A stretch of DNA of 64,000 nt from Hydrolagus affinis (lineage: Eukaryota): the NCBI GenBank assembly GCA_012026655.1, contig JAAILG010001555.1, forward strand, positions 1-64,000, given 5' to 3'. Shown in pieces: positions 45,801 through 58,536 of the stretch. The notes beneath the pieces are model-generated. The model had not been told where the DNA came from. It ran no database searches and saw only the letters and a program-made list of their open reading frames with translations. The stretch's first letter is position 1. Each line of letters begins with the position of its first letter. The translations under genes and the position numbers were made by a program.

Positions 45801-47344
45801 GCAAATATTCAAGAGCGGATAAAGAAAGCCTAACGTTAAAAAAAACTTTGCATAAACACAATGAGCATAGAAAGGGGTTAATACAAGGCTGAAATAAATC
45901 CATTGTTGTACTCCTTCTCCAGAGTATAGCCTCGGTTTGTTTGTAAGTACCATTCCCTATCTTCTTAAAAAAGTCATTAAATGTGACACACATTTCAGGT
46001 TTTACAGCATTAATCTACAGCAACAAGCTGAAACCATTACTGGTTCACTGTACAGAACCATCTTGTGCTCCAAAGAGTGATTTTACAATTTTTTTCTAAC
46101 CGAGCTGATTAATTGGATTCTTTGTATCTGCAAATTGAAAGTGCACTATTACCTGGTTGTTCTTTGGCAAAAGCAAGCCACCTGGGACCTTGAAGTTTGG
46201 ACAGGAGTCTGGGACATAAGAGAGTCCCAGAACTATTGTGTGTAGTGAACTGTGAAAAGTCATTCAGAGGAAAAACGCAACACATCCTTTATTTATTTGC
46301 GGTGAAATATTTATCTGTGACATGAGACTTTGGTAATAGCTTGTCTCTCTTTTCATCTCTCTGATGAATATAGACATCTTAGAATGTGTCCTTAATATTT
46401 CTCCCATATGAATAATTTCAATTTTGCGCATTTGGGAATGATGCTTTTTTGACCTGAAAGCCAAACAGTGTTGTTTCTGCATGAAAAGAAATATCAAACC
46501 TTTAATTTTTGTACTTAGACAATCTGTGCAGAGCTAAATTATTTATGTTTGGTCTCATAAATAAAAACTCAATCAACCAACCCATAAATCCATGTTGTGC
46601 TGCACCTTTGTGACAATTCATGGAAATTATTTATCTTGAATGCTTTATGCTATTCTCTTTCCTTCAAGTTAAACAATAATAAATTTAACAAAGAGGGGAT
46701 TGCTTTCAACTGCTAAACTGATTGTTCTGATGGACAATTTTTTAAAAGTCACATGACAAAATCTGCACTTTTTAAATAAAATATTGCCTCTGAACATTTT
46801 AATAGCAATAATAAAATGTGCTTGATACTTCAATGCTATACTATTGAAACAATATAATTATGTATCTATTTCGTTGAGCCTCATTGTTGATACTTTTCTT
46901 TTGGAGAGCTCAAATATTTATATTCAGCATATAGCAAACGTTTTGATCATGTGCATTAACACTATAATTGGTTATTCCCAGTAGATTATTTCTCCTACCA
47001 TTTGAATTTACACCACCCTGAGCCATCACGTAGCTGTAATACTTCCTTCCATTCCACATAAATGATGCCTGAACTGTAAAACGTAAAAGTCTAAACTCCA
47101 CCTATGTCCATATACAGTAAGAGAGAAAGCAAATTATGAGAATTGCACAATGCAATCACAATTAATGCATAAGTATAAGGCAAGCGCTCTGAGACACTAC
47201 CCTGCATGGAGAGTGTTATATAAGTGCATGTTGTTGTTGCTCTATAAAATAACATACGTGTTAATGCAGTAACCATCATAGTCTACATTGGACCGTCAAT
47301 TAATCCTTCTGTGCTACCTATCCAATCTCTCACAAGTTCATACT

Positions 47345-47655
47345 ACTAATAATAATCCTGGCATTTGATATAGCACTTTTCATGTCTTCTAGATGTCTCA
47401 AAGCGCTTCACAGAATATACTATAAAGTGAATCAACTGTGTATTTGTGGGCGAAGCTTGGCAGCCAATTACACACAGCAGTGTCCCACCAACAGTCATGG
47501 ATTGAAGTGACCAATTTATTATTGTTTCTTTTCTTGAGAGATTATTACCAGGTGTGTGGAGTAAGGAAAGTTAGCCGTGTTTTACCCTGCCAGGAATCGA
47601 ACCCAGGTTTCTCACTTGCGAGACGAGTGCTCTAACCACTGAGCTACAGGACTCC
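47345..47655 (-). mobile_element. full-length SINE, subfamily without the head duplication
   Basis: Sense strand reads GGAGTCCTGTAGCTCAGTGGTTAGAGCACTCGTCTCGCAAGTGAGAAACCTGGGTTCGATTCC, then Deu-type body and (ATT)n tail. Confidence 0.93.
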
Positions 47656-48332
47656 ATCTATTTCACAACACAGAAAGATTCACCATCTGCACAAATACAA
47701 GGATCACATCACAGCAGCTGTGAAAGCCACCACTAAAACACTTGAGACATTTCAATATCAACAACGGCCTATAATTTGCAGTCAAGAGCCACAGTGGATT
47801 AGACTCAGCCACTAGAGCAGAATCACTGCCTCACAAAGTAGCATTTCTTCAGCACGTCGGACACTGACTATAAGCCCACCACAGAAGGATCATTATATTT
47901 TAAAAGAAAACTCCGGTTTTTGCAATGTCAAAACAATGCATATTTGTGGCATAAAACATACACAAATTGGGCTGGGTGGTTTTGCAGATAAATAAACTAT
48001 TTTGTGAGTCAGATCTCATCTCCTAACTTTTTGCGGACTGACCTCATTCAGTGGTTTATTATTCAGCAAAACACCGCAATTGTAAGCTTACAACACAAAA
48101 CTCCCACGATTCAGCAGTGGTATTGAGAGGAGCCATCATTAGGAAAATGAAGATATTCAGTATTATTCTGAGGCTGGCGTCAGGTAACATTCAATTCTAT
48201 TGAGTTAGAAAGGGAAGGAATTCCACTCAGTGGGTGAAGACGGGCATCCTGTACTGGTTGTGCTGAATTGTGAGTGCTTGATACTGTTATTCAGTGCCCA
48301 AACAATGTTCAGTAGTCTGCTATTATCTGCTA

Positions 48333-48384
48333 TCCTCCTGACCTGAAAGGCAGGCACTGTGTAAATGTAATTTTGTTGTTGTTG
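48333..48384 (+). mobile_element. solo L2 tail
   Basis: TCCTCCTGACCTGAAAGG..GGCACTGTGTAAATGTAATTTTGTTGTTGTTG. Confidence 0.7.
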
Positions 48385-48440
48385 TATTGACATCCTAACT
48401 TTGAGGACTCCGAAATGCACCATTGTGTATTATACACGCA

Positions 48441-48590
48441 CAATATGATTTACATTTCTATAGTGTCTTTCTTGTTGGGAGGACATCTCAAAGCACTTTA
48501 CACAGCTGGTTAGGCACCTGAGTTATGTTGAGGGGGAAACAGGTGAGAGCTGAAGAGGATAAGAAGGGAAAAGATGACCAAAAGTCTCGT
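48441..48590 (-). mobile_element. L2 3' fragment
   Basis: TTACATTTCTATAGTGTCTTTCTTGTTGGGAGGACATCTCAAAGCACTTTAC, then a purine-rich antisense 3' UTR ending GATGACCAAAAG (compare GGTGACCAAAAG in the L2 at 20132). Confidence 0.7.
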
Positions 48591-48847
48591 ACAAATGCAT
48601 GGATTATTATATAAAAGCCTGATTGTCATTGGCTGTTTTCTCTATTCTTGTGCTGATCTGTACTCAGTTGAACCTGTGGCTTCAAGGTTTCTTTCAGTCT
48701 CACAGAGAATATTAATGTTCAAGTGAATTGTCTATTAATCCATCAGGAGTGCAGGAAGGAATGCTTTACATCATTTCCTGAAAGGGCAGTTTCTGTCTGT
48801 GCCAGTAATACATGTTTGAATAAGAACATACAACCTAACAATTGGGT

Positions 48848-49187
48848 GGAGCTCCTGTGGCTTAGTGGTTAGAGCACTTGTCTTGCAAGCTGGAGAGACC
48901 AAGCTGAGGAGACCTATGTTCGAATCCAGGCAGGTCAGGGCGAAACCTTGGGCATATTTCCTTATCCCACATGCCTAATAATAATCTGTCCAAAAAAAAA
49001 CACAATAATAAAAATTGGTCATTTCAATCCACGACTGTTTGTGGGACACTGCTGTGCGCAATTGGCTGCCGCGATTCTCCCACAAATATACAGCCAATTC
49101 ACGTTACAGTATATTCTGTGAAGCGCTTTGGGACATCGATAAGATGTGAAAAGCGCTATATCAAAATGTAAGGATTATTATTATTAT
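48848..49187 (+). mobile_element. full-length young SINE (head-duplication subfamily)
   Basis: GGAGCTCCTGTGGCTTAGTGG...CAAGCTGGAGAGACCAAGCTGAGGAGAC...GTTCGAATCC, body and (ATT)n tail. Confidence 0.95.
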
Positions 49188-52100
49188 GGAATTTCTGTAA
49201 TTGATTCTGATATAGAGTATCTAAAACCATTTCTTTGTACTGTAATATTTTCATATAAAACCTGGGAATCTGTAACATTGTAAAAGTTTGGGACCTATGA
49301 AAATGTTTTGCGTATTTGCCTCACTCGCGCTTGAGTCACAATGAAAATTTTATTTCATGCAGAATACAGAATAAAATGTCAGTATAAATAAATGTATGAA
49401 CAATATGCTTAGGATGTTGGTGAACATTGTGTGTGCATCAGTTTAGATCGATAGTCATTTTATTTTTCTTATTAAATTATCTTAAAATCTAAGCATCCAG
49501 AATCATATTAAGATAATGAATGTATGTTTCTCAAATGCTTTACTGTAAAAAGTCACAGTTCTTGAGCTCAGTCGATCAGTTGACTTGAAATTCGCCTCCA
49601 ACCCAACATCACCACTAAATTTACTGGTCTATGGATTTGAAACCAATGAAACTGACCTAAATTTGACAAAGCAATCAATGAAAAAGGTGCACAGGGTTTT
49701 TAAAAGCCATCCAATTAATAAAAGCCAGTTGCCAAAATAAAACAAAATTAGTTTCTGAAACCCCAGTTCAATAAAGAAGATGCTCTAAAATATCTGCTTA
49801 CATTATTTTGAACATCAAGTAAGTCGCTGGTAAGTCCCTGAACATCTTGCTCATAGGGGGGAGGGAAAGCTGTGGTTTCCAAGCTTGAATCACAAACTCT
49901 GTATTTTGCCTTAATAGCTATCCTGCTATATCCATAGTTTGGCTATGGGAGTACAGTGTTGTGATTTTGTAGAAAATCAATAACTGCTTCTGTTTGGAGA
50001 GAGAAGCATAAAGAACAGCTAACTGTACTATATTGTAAGTGTTCCACAACCAGACCCAGCACTCACCTTACAACAGCAAATCCCTGCAAATTATTAAATA
50101 ATAAATCACAAAGTAGAGCAGTCTTGGTGGACAGAACATGTTTCCCAGCAAAGCAGACAGAGACAAATAAATTATTTAGTCTCAAGCAAAGATAAAACAA
50201 CAGAGGGAAAAAAAAGAGAAGTTCAGATTTTTTTTCTCTACAGTTTTTAAAATGGAATATGCTATGAGGTTATTGACAGATGGTTGGAAACCACATGGTC
50301 AATGACATGGCTTAACCTAGAGAAGCATCTCTAAAAGCCAGGCCCAGCATTGAAAATATGTAATTTGAGAGCAACTTCACTAAAGGTACCAGGAGAGAAC
50401 AGTTCTCCAAAAGTCTTTGATGACAATCAAATCCAAGAGAGGCAAAAGGTATTAAATACTGAACAGTGCAATTTGGAGATCGAAAAAAATGACGGCACTT
50501 GTTCACCTTTATGTTGAGAAGTGCCTTTGAAATAAAATGAACATTAACCTTCACACAGTAAATTGTGTTCTGTGTTTGCACTTCCTCATTTGAATTTGAT
50601 CAGGTATCCGCTCCTAACGTTAACATGTATTTAGGTTAGAATTCTTTCAGAATGTTATGCTTGCTATGGCAGTGTGAATATTCCTTCCAACTGATACCAG
50701 AGCAACATTAACAAATATTTATATTTTTCATTTTATCCTCAATTTTTATCACTCAAGTCCCCCACCAAAATCAAACACAGCATTTCAATCAACCAGAACT
50801 GGGCCATATAATTTAAGGTTTTCTATTCATAATAAAAGGAAAACGGATTCAAGGGAATATTTATATTTTAGTGGACACTCAGAATGACAAACCTATGCTT
50901 GTTATAAGCTCCAGATTCAGATTTGAAAATCACATCAATAATAGTGGGTTCCTAGCCACTCAGTTTAATTTCCTTTTTATGTTTTTTTTTCGACAATTTT
51001 AAATATTCAGAAAATATTCAGTATGCAGTATTTTTAATGTAAATGTAATAAATTTTGCAGGAGGATTCTGCACCTTTGCCACCTAAAGCTCCTTTTTATC
51101 GCAGAAACAGCAGGGAGATGCTCCTTTTTTTACATCAAATATAAATAACCCTTGGCTTACTTGAATAAACTTGAGTGTGTATTCCACTAAATGTGGATTT
51201 CAAATGATTTTTAAAAAATAAAATTAAAATTCAAAGATAGCAAGTGAGCAAAAAGGTTATGTATCTTTCAAAGGCTGAGGGCACATTTAGGCAGCAATGT
51301 CACTAAAATTATGCATTTCTTTTGTGATTTGGAATTTAAGTAATAGCCACTTTCTGCTCAAATAAGTGTTACAAACATTATTCAAGTTGTCAGCTTTTTT
51401 TTATCCGTCATTAGTAATTGTCACAGTGAGATTGTAACCGCCGCTGATTCTGGTCATTCACCAGACTTACACCTGGCTGTTTGTTTGCCAATTCATGACA
51501 TTTACACAAAGAAATGTGCTGGGTGCTGGAACCCCTTCAGGCTGACTCTGAAGTGTGTTTTCTCCGATTATTTAATAGAAAAAGCAGCCAATTATTTAAC
51601 TACAGTACATTTTATTGATTGCGCTGTTCATTGTTATGATGGAATAGTCATTAGTTTTTTTTAAGCGAAACATTTTTAACAGCAAAGTAACTGCAAAATT
51701 GTAGTTTCAGGTAGCTAAATAGCACAGAGTTAATGAGTGTTTTATATATCTACCAAAAGTGCCGCAATTACACATTTTTTCAATTGGTTAGCCAAATACT
51801 ATAATTAAATACTAATAGATTAATGGGACTATAATTGTTGAATCCTTTCAGTCTGCTTTGTTGGCAAGCTTTCTCAGTTTCAGCTAACCTCACTATCATT
51901 TATGGACTATGTCTCACTTAGCCTCATACTAATGTCACTGTTCCTCTAAGTGAACAGTTTGTGTGATCTCACAAAATGTGCATTGGGTATAAATGATATA
52001 AATCCCCAGTGTCTACCAGTCTCACCAAAACTAAATTGCAGTCCAACGTTACCTAATTTATTGGAATAATTTATCTTAAGACTCCTGTATTGAATAATCA

Positions 52101-52477
52101 GTCCAACTTGCCCTTGAAATGCCATCTGCAATTGTAACTTTGATTAATTTGTCAGGATTTTATTTCCCCTGGTCTGCTTCATTGCTGGGCTAGGTGGTCC
52201 TAACATTTGTACCTGTTAGCAAAATGGTGGGGAGGTTCACCTGACCATGCAAAGAGTTCGGGGAGCTTTTTTCCATTGCAATCAGGATCTCTCTCTCCCA
52301 CTTGCAGTTTATGAATATTCCTATTCTTCCTTGGAGGTAAAAGGAATGTTTCTGTAATGTATTTATTCCTCCACACTTCCCCCCCAAAATTCAGACTATC
52401 CTGTTAACTCTGTAAGGCGAAGCCCTAACCGGAAGAATGGTCATAATATGCAGCATAAGCTTGCCAGACAGTGCTTT

Positions 52478-53365
52478 CAATAACAACAACAAAATTACCT
52501 TTGTGTAGTGCTTGTCATGTTAGGAGAATGTCCCAAGGCCCTGGACAGCCAATGTTTCAGACCTAAGCTAGGATTGGGATTGGGGAGGGTGGAGGAAAGG
52601 GAGGGGAACGGGGCTGACTGATGGCATGATCGAAGAGAGGGTCTTGAGGTGGTACTTGAAGGAATCTAGGCAGGGGGCAAGGCGGAGGGAGAGGACATGG
52701 GCTGCAGAGTTCTGGATGATCTGCAGTCTATGGAGGGAGGAGTTGGGGAGGCTGACAAGCAGGGCATTGGTATAGTCGAGTCTGAACATAATTCAGCACG
52801 AATGAGAGTTTCAGCAGCCTGAGGTATGAGGTAGAGGCAGAGTCGGGCAATGCTGTGGAGGTGAGGAAAAGCAGAGCGGGTCATTTCATGGATGTGGGAG
52901 AGAAAAGGCAGTTGAGGATCGAGCAAGACACCTAGATTCCTGACTGGCTTGGTGAGGTTAAGTGTGCATCCAAGGAGGTTGATGCTGTCAGTGCCTGAGG
53001 TGCAGATGCGCTGGTGCAAGGCAATCAGGATGGTCTTGGTCTTGTTGACATACAACTGTAGAAAGTTAGCTCTCATCCAGGATTTGATGTCTGATAGGCA
53101 GTCTGTCAGGACAGCAATGGTCCTGGAATCAAGGGTAGAAGCAGAAGATAGTTGGGTGTCATCTGATTTATATGGAAGTTAACACCATGTCTGCGGATGA
53201 TGTTACCAGGGGGTAACAGATAGATATTGAAAAGTAGTGGGCCAAGGATAGAGCCCTGGGGGACACTACACGTGACAGTGCAGGGGCTGGAGGAGAAGTC
53301 GTTGGTGGCGTCAAAGTGGAGACAGTGGGAGATGTAAGATTCAAATCAGGAAAGGGCAAGTGTGC
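52478..53365 (-). pseudogene. 5'-truncated, frameshifted L2 LINE reverse-transcriptase relic with 3' UTR and tail
   Basis: The minus strand encodes VPQGSILGPLLF, a decayed YADDTQ motif near 53150-53175, WM-like/MRANFLQLYVNKTK, VRNLGVLLD, AAETLI, RLDYTNALL and LQIIQNSAA. Ends in a (GTT)n tail. Confidence 0.92.
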
Positions 53366-53577
53366 GAAGTTTGAAAGTGTTTTTAACTGGTTAAACTCCA
53401 GAAGTACAAAAATGCACACTCTGGGATCCTCAATCTTTGACTCTTGCCAACCAGCACTGAATACCATCTGGAATTAGATAGGAATGCCTCCCTTCAGGTA
53501 GAGTTTGTATTCCATACCAGACCTGGAAATTGCCATGTGCCAGTAGCATACATATGAATATATAAAACTATATATAT

Positions 53578-53655
53578 TCACAGCCACATCGATTTCCCCA
53601 GCGACTTCTGTTTTTGTTTCCGATTTCCAGCATCTGCAGTATTTTGCATTTGTTT
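53578..53655 (+). mobile_element. 78-bp retro-insertion (Penelope-like 3' end) with a 12-bp target-site duplication
   Basis: AACTATATATAT flanks both sides (53566-53577, 53656-53667). The insert TTCTGTTTTTGTTTCCGATTTCCAGCATCTGCAGTATTTTGC resembles the terminus of shark Penelope-like repeats. Confidence 0.7.
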
Positions 53656-56600
53656 AACTATATATATATGTCTGATTTGGATACTCATAGGCATAGTGAT
53701 GGGTTTCCACCTGCATCATGCCCCCAGGAAAGTAATTTGAGGATAAATGATGTACAGATCGGCTTAATCCAGCATCTGGTTTGTTGAAATGTCCGAGGTA
53801 GTAATATGAGAAAGATTCTAGCTTTTTGTTTTTGTTAAAGTTGCAGAGTAACTAAAGCAGATTAACAAACCTTTCAACTTCATTTGAATCTGCTCTGTAA
53901 AGACAATATTAAACCTAATGGAAATGTGTTCTGCTCTTCCTCCTGCACAGATATTCTCACTGAATTGGTGAAATGATAAAATGTGTGAATGTACTTCCTG
54001 GCATTGATTTTAGTGTATTGACCTAGGCATAATTTTGTGGACTGGACTGAACTATAAGTGGGGTTAAAATTTCTACTTTTCACTTGTGCAATACAGTATT
54101 CAGCTGAGCACGCAACAGCAGGACTTTAGTGACTGTTAATTCATTTGCACCCACCCGACCTCAAAGAGTAGGATTTTGGATGTGGTTCGAAATATACATT
54201 AAATACTAGTGGAAAACCGATTTTATCTGAGGCCATGCAAACTCCATTAAATGGTGCAAAGTGCTGAGCATAGTCTTCTATAACATGCTATTTAACCAAA
54301 GTGCTAGGCGAGATAATTTGAGCTGCTTTCACAAAGACTATGTTTTGTTTGAATTTCCGTGCTGATTCGTATGCTGCTTGTGTTTTGGAATATTGATTTT
54401 TGCAAAGGAAAATAAATTGTGTTTAGTTATCTTTGACAAGTTTGCAAAACTGCCAACATTTCTTCATTGCTTTTCCTACATATACTAGATAAGTCCTCTG
54501 ACCCGCAATTATTCACCCATATATATAGTACGATGTTGAACAGTGACCATTCATAAATGTGATAAGAGCCTCTAAAAACAGAAGGAATGCTACATTTAGG
54601 CTTTGACCAATGGGTTCATTGTCACAGCAGACTTTCGTTAGCTAGCTTGTTTTTTTTCTCCCATTTTGTGGCAAGTCAGTTTTGTCAAAGCTAACAGTAT
54701 CAAGTAAAATGCCCAAAAGATCACATTTGGGTCATTCCTTTTTTACGTGGATTAGTCTAATTGTTTATATTCTTTGTTGCATTGTATAATCCATGTCTCA
54801 CATTATGGTTTCTGCCATACCACATCTGTCTGCTCTCTTTGTTTGGCTCAAGTAGGGGGTTCAAACCCCACCCATTCTTCTGTTTGCCTCGGTTTCCCCC
54901 AATGCGATATCTCTATCCTGTAATTTACTCATCATTCTGTTGTTTTGTTGTTCCTTCGTACAAAGTCATCATTCTTTCACAAGCTGCAAAAAATACCCTG
55001 ACTGTTGCCATTTCAAAACCTGTGATTTTAGAATTTCAACAGTTAGCCAGATAACATCAATGCTCAACTATTTCCCACAGTGCTCTGCATTTCTACATTT
55101 CATCAGGAAGCTTTGTCTCGCGGGACGCCTATCATCTCAAGGCACTCCGAATGGCATGAAAACATAAAACCCCATCTGCTCCATTTAATGATTTCTATTT
55201 GATGAATTTTTTCTATTCATGAAGGGAGATGTTATCACAGGGGACAGCCTGCAGCACACTCTCGCCTATTGCTTCTTCCAAGCAACGACTGATGAGCGTC
55301 CAACCCCTACCATCAAAATAACAGAGAAAACACACAAAGTCATCAGTCATAAAAAGTTGACAGTTGACTCTTGATTCTTTCCTGCATTTTTTGCATACTG
55401 AGTGATTGAATCATATTTAATTAGATATCAGGTGATCAATCATTGCCAACAAGGAGCTCTGTGTGGTGTTGCATCAGAGGGAACAGGCACAACATACGGG
55501 AGCACCTTGGACAGATAAACTGTACAATATTTGTAATATCAAAAGAAAGTTATCAGATAAAACAAAAGGATCCTGCTCGCTTGTGGCTCTACTCCAACAA
55601 TATATGTTAACAAGTCCTAACAGATGACATGAATTACCTAATCAGTGTATGACTATTCAAAAGCTACCACTTCTCTAGCACTTCCCTCAACCTTTAGGAA
55701 AAGCTCACCATCAAATCTGCACAAAGGTTAGTTTAGAGCTCATGGCCTCTAGCTTTATGCCACTGTCACCTTCGGAGGCATGTCAAGATCAATTTTCTTT
55801 AATAGATATCACTTAAGCTACATGATAATTGGCTCATCACTCTGTGCTGATTGAACAGGAAAGTAGGTTTAGCCTGTACTCAACAGATGATGGAGAGGAC
55901 ACAACAGAAGCCTAAAAACAAGTCCATTCCAAACATGCCTATGAAACTGTGTAGAATAACATTGTAAAAGTCAATTGGAAAGAAAATAAATTGGATATCA
56001 TTTTAATTCTGCATTTCATTTTCCTAGGCATTTAGTTTGCACATCCTAAACCTCTGCTTCTGTATAACATAAGAACACAATACCATCAGGTTATCTCATC
56101 TATATTGGACCACAGCAATCTTTTATTTGTTTCTGCCAGGTTGATCCTTTTCACTGGTGCTTCAAGCCCATTTTAGCCACATAAAGTGATGGGTACTATG
56201 CACTAAGCAAGGTTACTGATGGAAATTCTCCCCAACTAAACAGCCAGATAGGCATATTCACCAAGGAAGGTTGAGTGTTGTTGCTTTGTTCAGACGGGAC
56301 TTACAGTAGAAAATAGTTCAGATGAACACTGAGAAAGTCAATGTGTTTGATTCAGTTCCTTTTGATGATGAACCATTTTGACCTCTCTCCAAAACAAAAC
56401 TAGCTAATGATTTGTATAAATTTAGCATTACCTCTTTGCTTTAATATCCCGATTGAGTGAGTTCAGACCTCCATTACATTTATAAATATATACTAATACA
56501 TTTGTAACTCATAGGCTACTGCAATTAACATTGTGTCATTGAACAGTTTGTTCTTGCTGCTGAGTGACTAAGTGGAGTACATTTGGCATTTTTATCGCAA

Positions 56601-58029
56601 GTTATGCTTTGACCATTTCAGTGTATCCAGTGAGGAGGAAAAACACACAGAACTTTCGACAGAAGGCTTACTGTGCTATTCAGCTACAATTCTGGTCTTT
56701 TTATAGGTGGACTAAATTGGTTGTTGAGTTGGAAATCAAACAGCCCTGCAACAGCTGCAATGTCCTTGTGGGTGCGAAGCCGGTCATTTCATTTGTCTTC
56801 TTGCATTTCAATGATTAACTCCCGCATTCATATTACCGCAATGACTTGGCTGATAGCAGAGTCAGAATTTATTTGCCATGTGCCATGTGGATTTCACTTT
56901 CTCACTCCTATTCAGTAGCTTTTCCAGCACTTCCAGGTTTCATCGTTTTTGTGCGTGTTTTATTGCCACAAATACAGTGCTGTGATCAGTTGCTAAGACA
57001 TATAATACAAACCTTTCTAAGCTGTTAGATTTTTCCAGTGAAAAACACATTGAGTTTCACCCAGTCTCTATATATTGTATGAGATAGTGTTTGGGAATAT
57101 TCTGTTGTACTTCTGGAAAATCACACCAAATGGTCTGTGGCTGTTGTATGAGGAGGAGAAATTGCCGGTGAAATATTGTCACCAAGATTGTGCATATGCA
57201 CCATTGTCTATAATTAAAACCACTGCTGTACATGTCTTTCATCATGTTTGCGCCATTGTCCTCCACAATTAGACACACAGACAAATGAAATATATGGTTC
57301 CATCATAAAGGCTTTGGAAAAACCTCAGAGTATTTGCCCAGTGATCACTCTCCAACTGAGGGACATTTAACAGTGTTTACCAGTGATGACCAGTTTAACT
57401 GTTTGCTGCTCGATTATACTGGGTATAAATGAAAGAGAACTTTTCAGGACAGAACAGTTATTAAATCTTATTTGCATAAATAAGATCCAATATCTGCAGC
57501 AACAAGAGTACAGCTGTTAGTCAATTGGATTTATTTTACTGAGTAATTATATGATTTGAATAAAACAACAGATGCTATTGGTTTATTCTGTTGGTTCTGG
57601 GTTCTGTTAACTGTCTATAGTCCAATAGGATTGCTGTTGCATTCTAAATCGCATACTACAGATGTCATTTGGCTGTAGCCATGCATGGAAGTGGGAAAAG
57701 AGAAAAAAAACAGGGATAATGCATCCAAAGCTTGGTTGGTACCGATAGTATGATTAGGTGCAATGGGAGCCTGTCATCACTTTCTTTTCTGTTGAATTAT
57801 CAGCAGACTGCTCTGTTTCACAATCATGTGCAATTGTTCACATTCTCACCAGTACCGTCGCAGCCCATTCAGTGCTCAACATTGGTCAATCCGGTCTTCA
57901 GATTGAAATAGAGACTGGTTGTTAATAGATGGAATGCATGTCTATAAGGGTATGCAGGAAGTATTATATCTCTTCTAAGTAGATGTTCACCCATAAAATA
58001 TACATTATCACACAAGTTTAAAGCATATC

Positions 58030-58098
58030 CTGTGATGTGCTTTGAGATGTCTTAATGGCGTGATAATGTGCTGTATCGAATGCAGGATTATTATTATT
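58030..58098 (+). mobile_element. SINE tail; an antisense tail fragment follows at about 58234-58345
   Basis: CTGTGATGTGCTTTGAGATGTC...GTGCTGTATCGAATGCAGGATTATTATTATT. Confidence 0.7.
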
Positions 58099-58484
58099 AA
58101 GCACAGTTATACAGTAACAAAAGGAGAGACCACAATTAATATCAGCGCACTGAGAAACCATAAGGTGCTTTATCTGTCAATCAAGCCAATCTCATAAACC
58201 ATATCACTTGACTCAGAAGTAGGATTAGCAATTTAATAAATAATAATAATGCTAGCGATTGACATAAGACTTCATTATGACATTGAAGTATCTCAAAGCT
58301 CTTCACAGGATTTACGGTTCAGTGTAGTGACTGTGTATTTTATAGTCGAACAATAAGTAGAGCAACATGCCTTCCTTTTAAGTGGCTTGAACAGACATTT
58401 AGAATTTTAGTTAGTTGCATATATTCATTTGAACATTAGTACTTTGTTTTAACTGGACTGACCATGAAGATTACTACTGATGGT

Positions 58485-58536
58485 TTGCTTGTTTGTTAAG
58501 TTCCTTGTTTGTTAAGTTGCTTGTTTGTTAAGTTCC
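58485..58536. repeat. 16-bp minisatellite, 3.25 copies
   Basis: TTGCTTGTTTGTTAAG TTCCTTGTTTGTTAAG TTGCTTGTTTGTTAAG TTCC. Confidence 0.95.
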
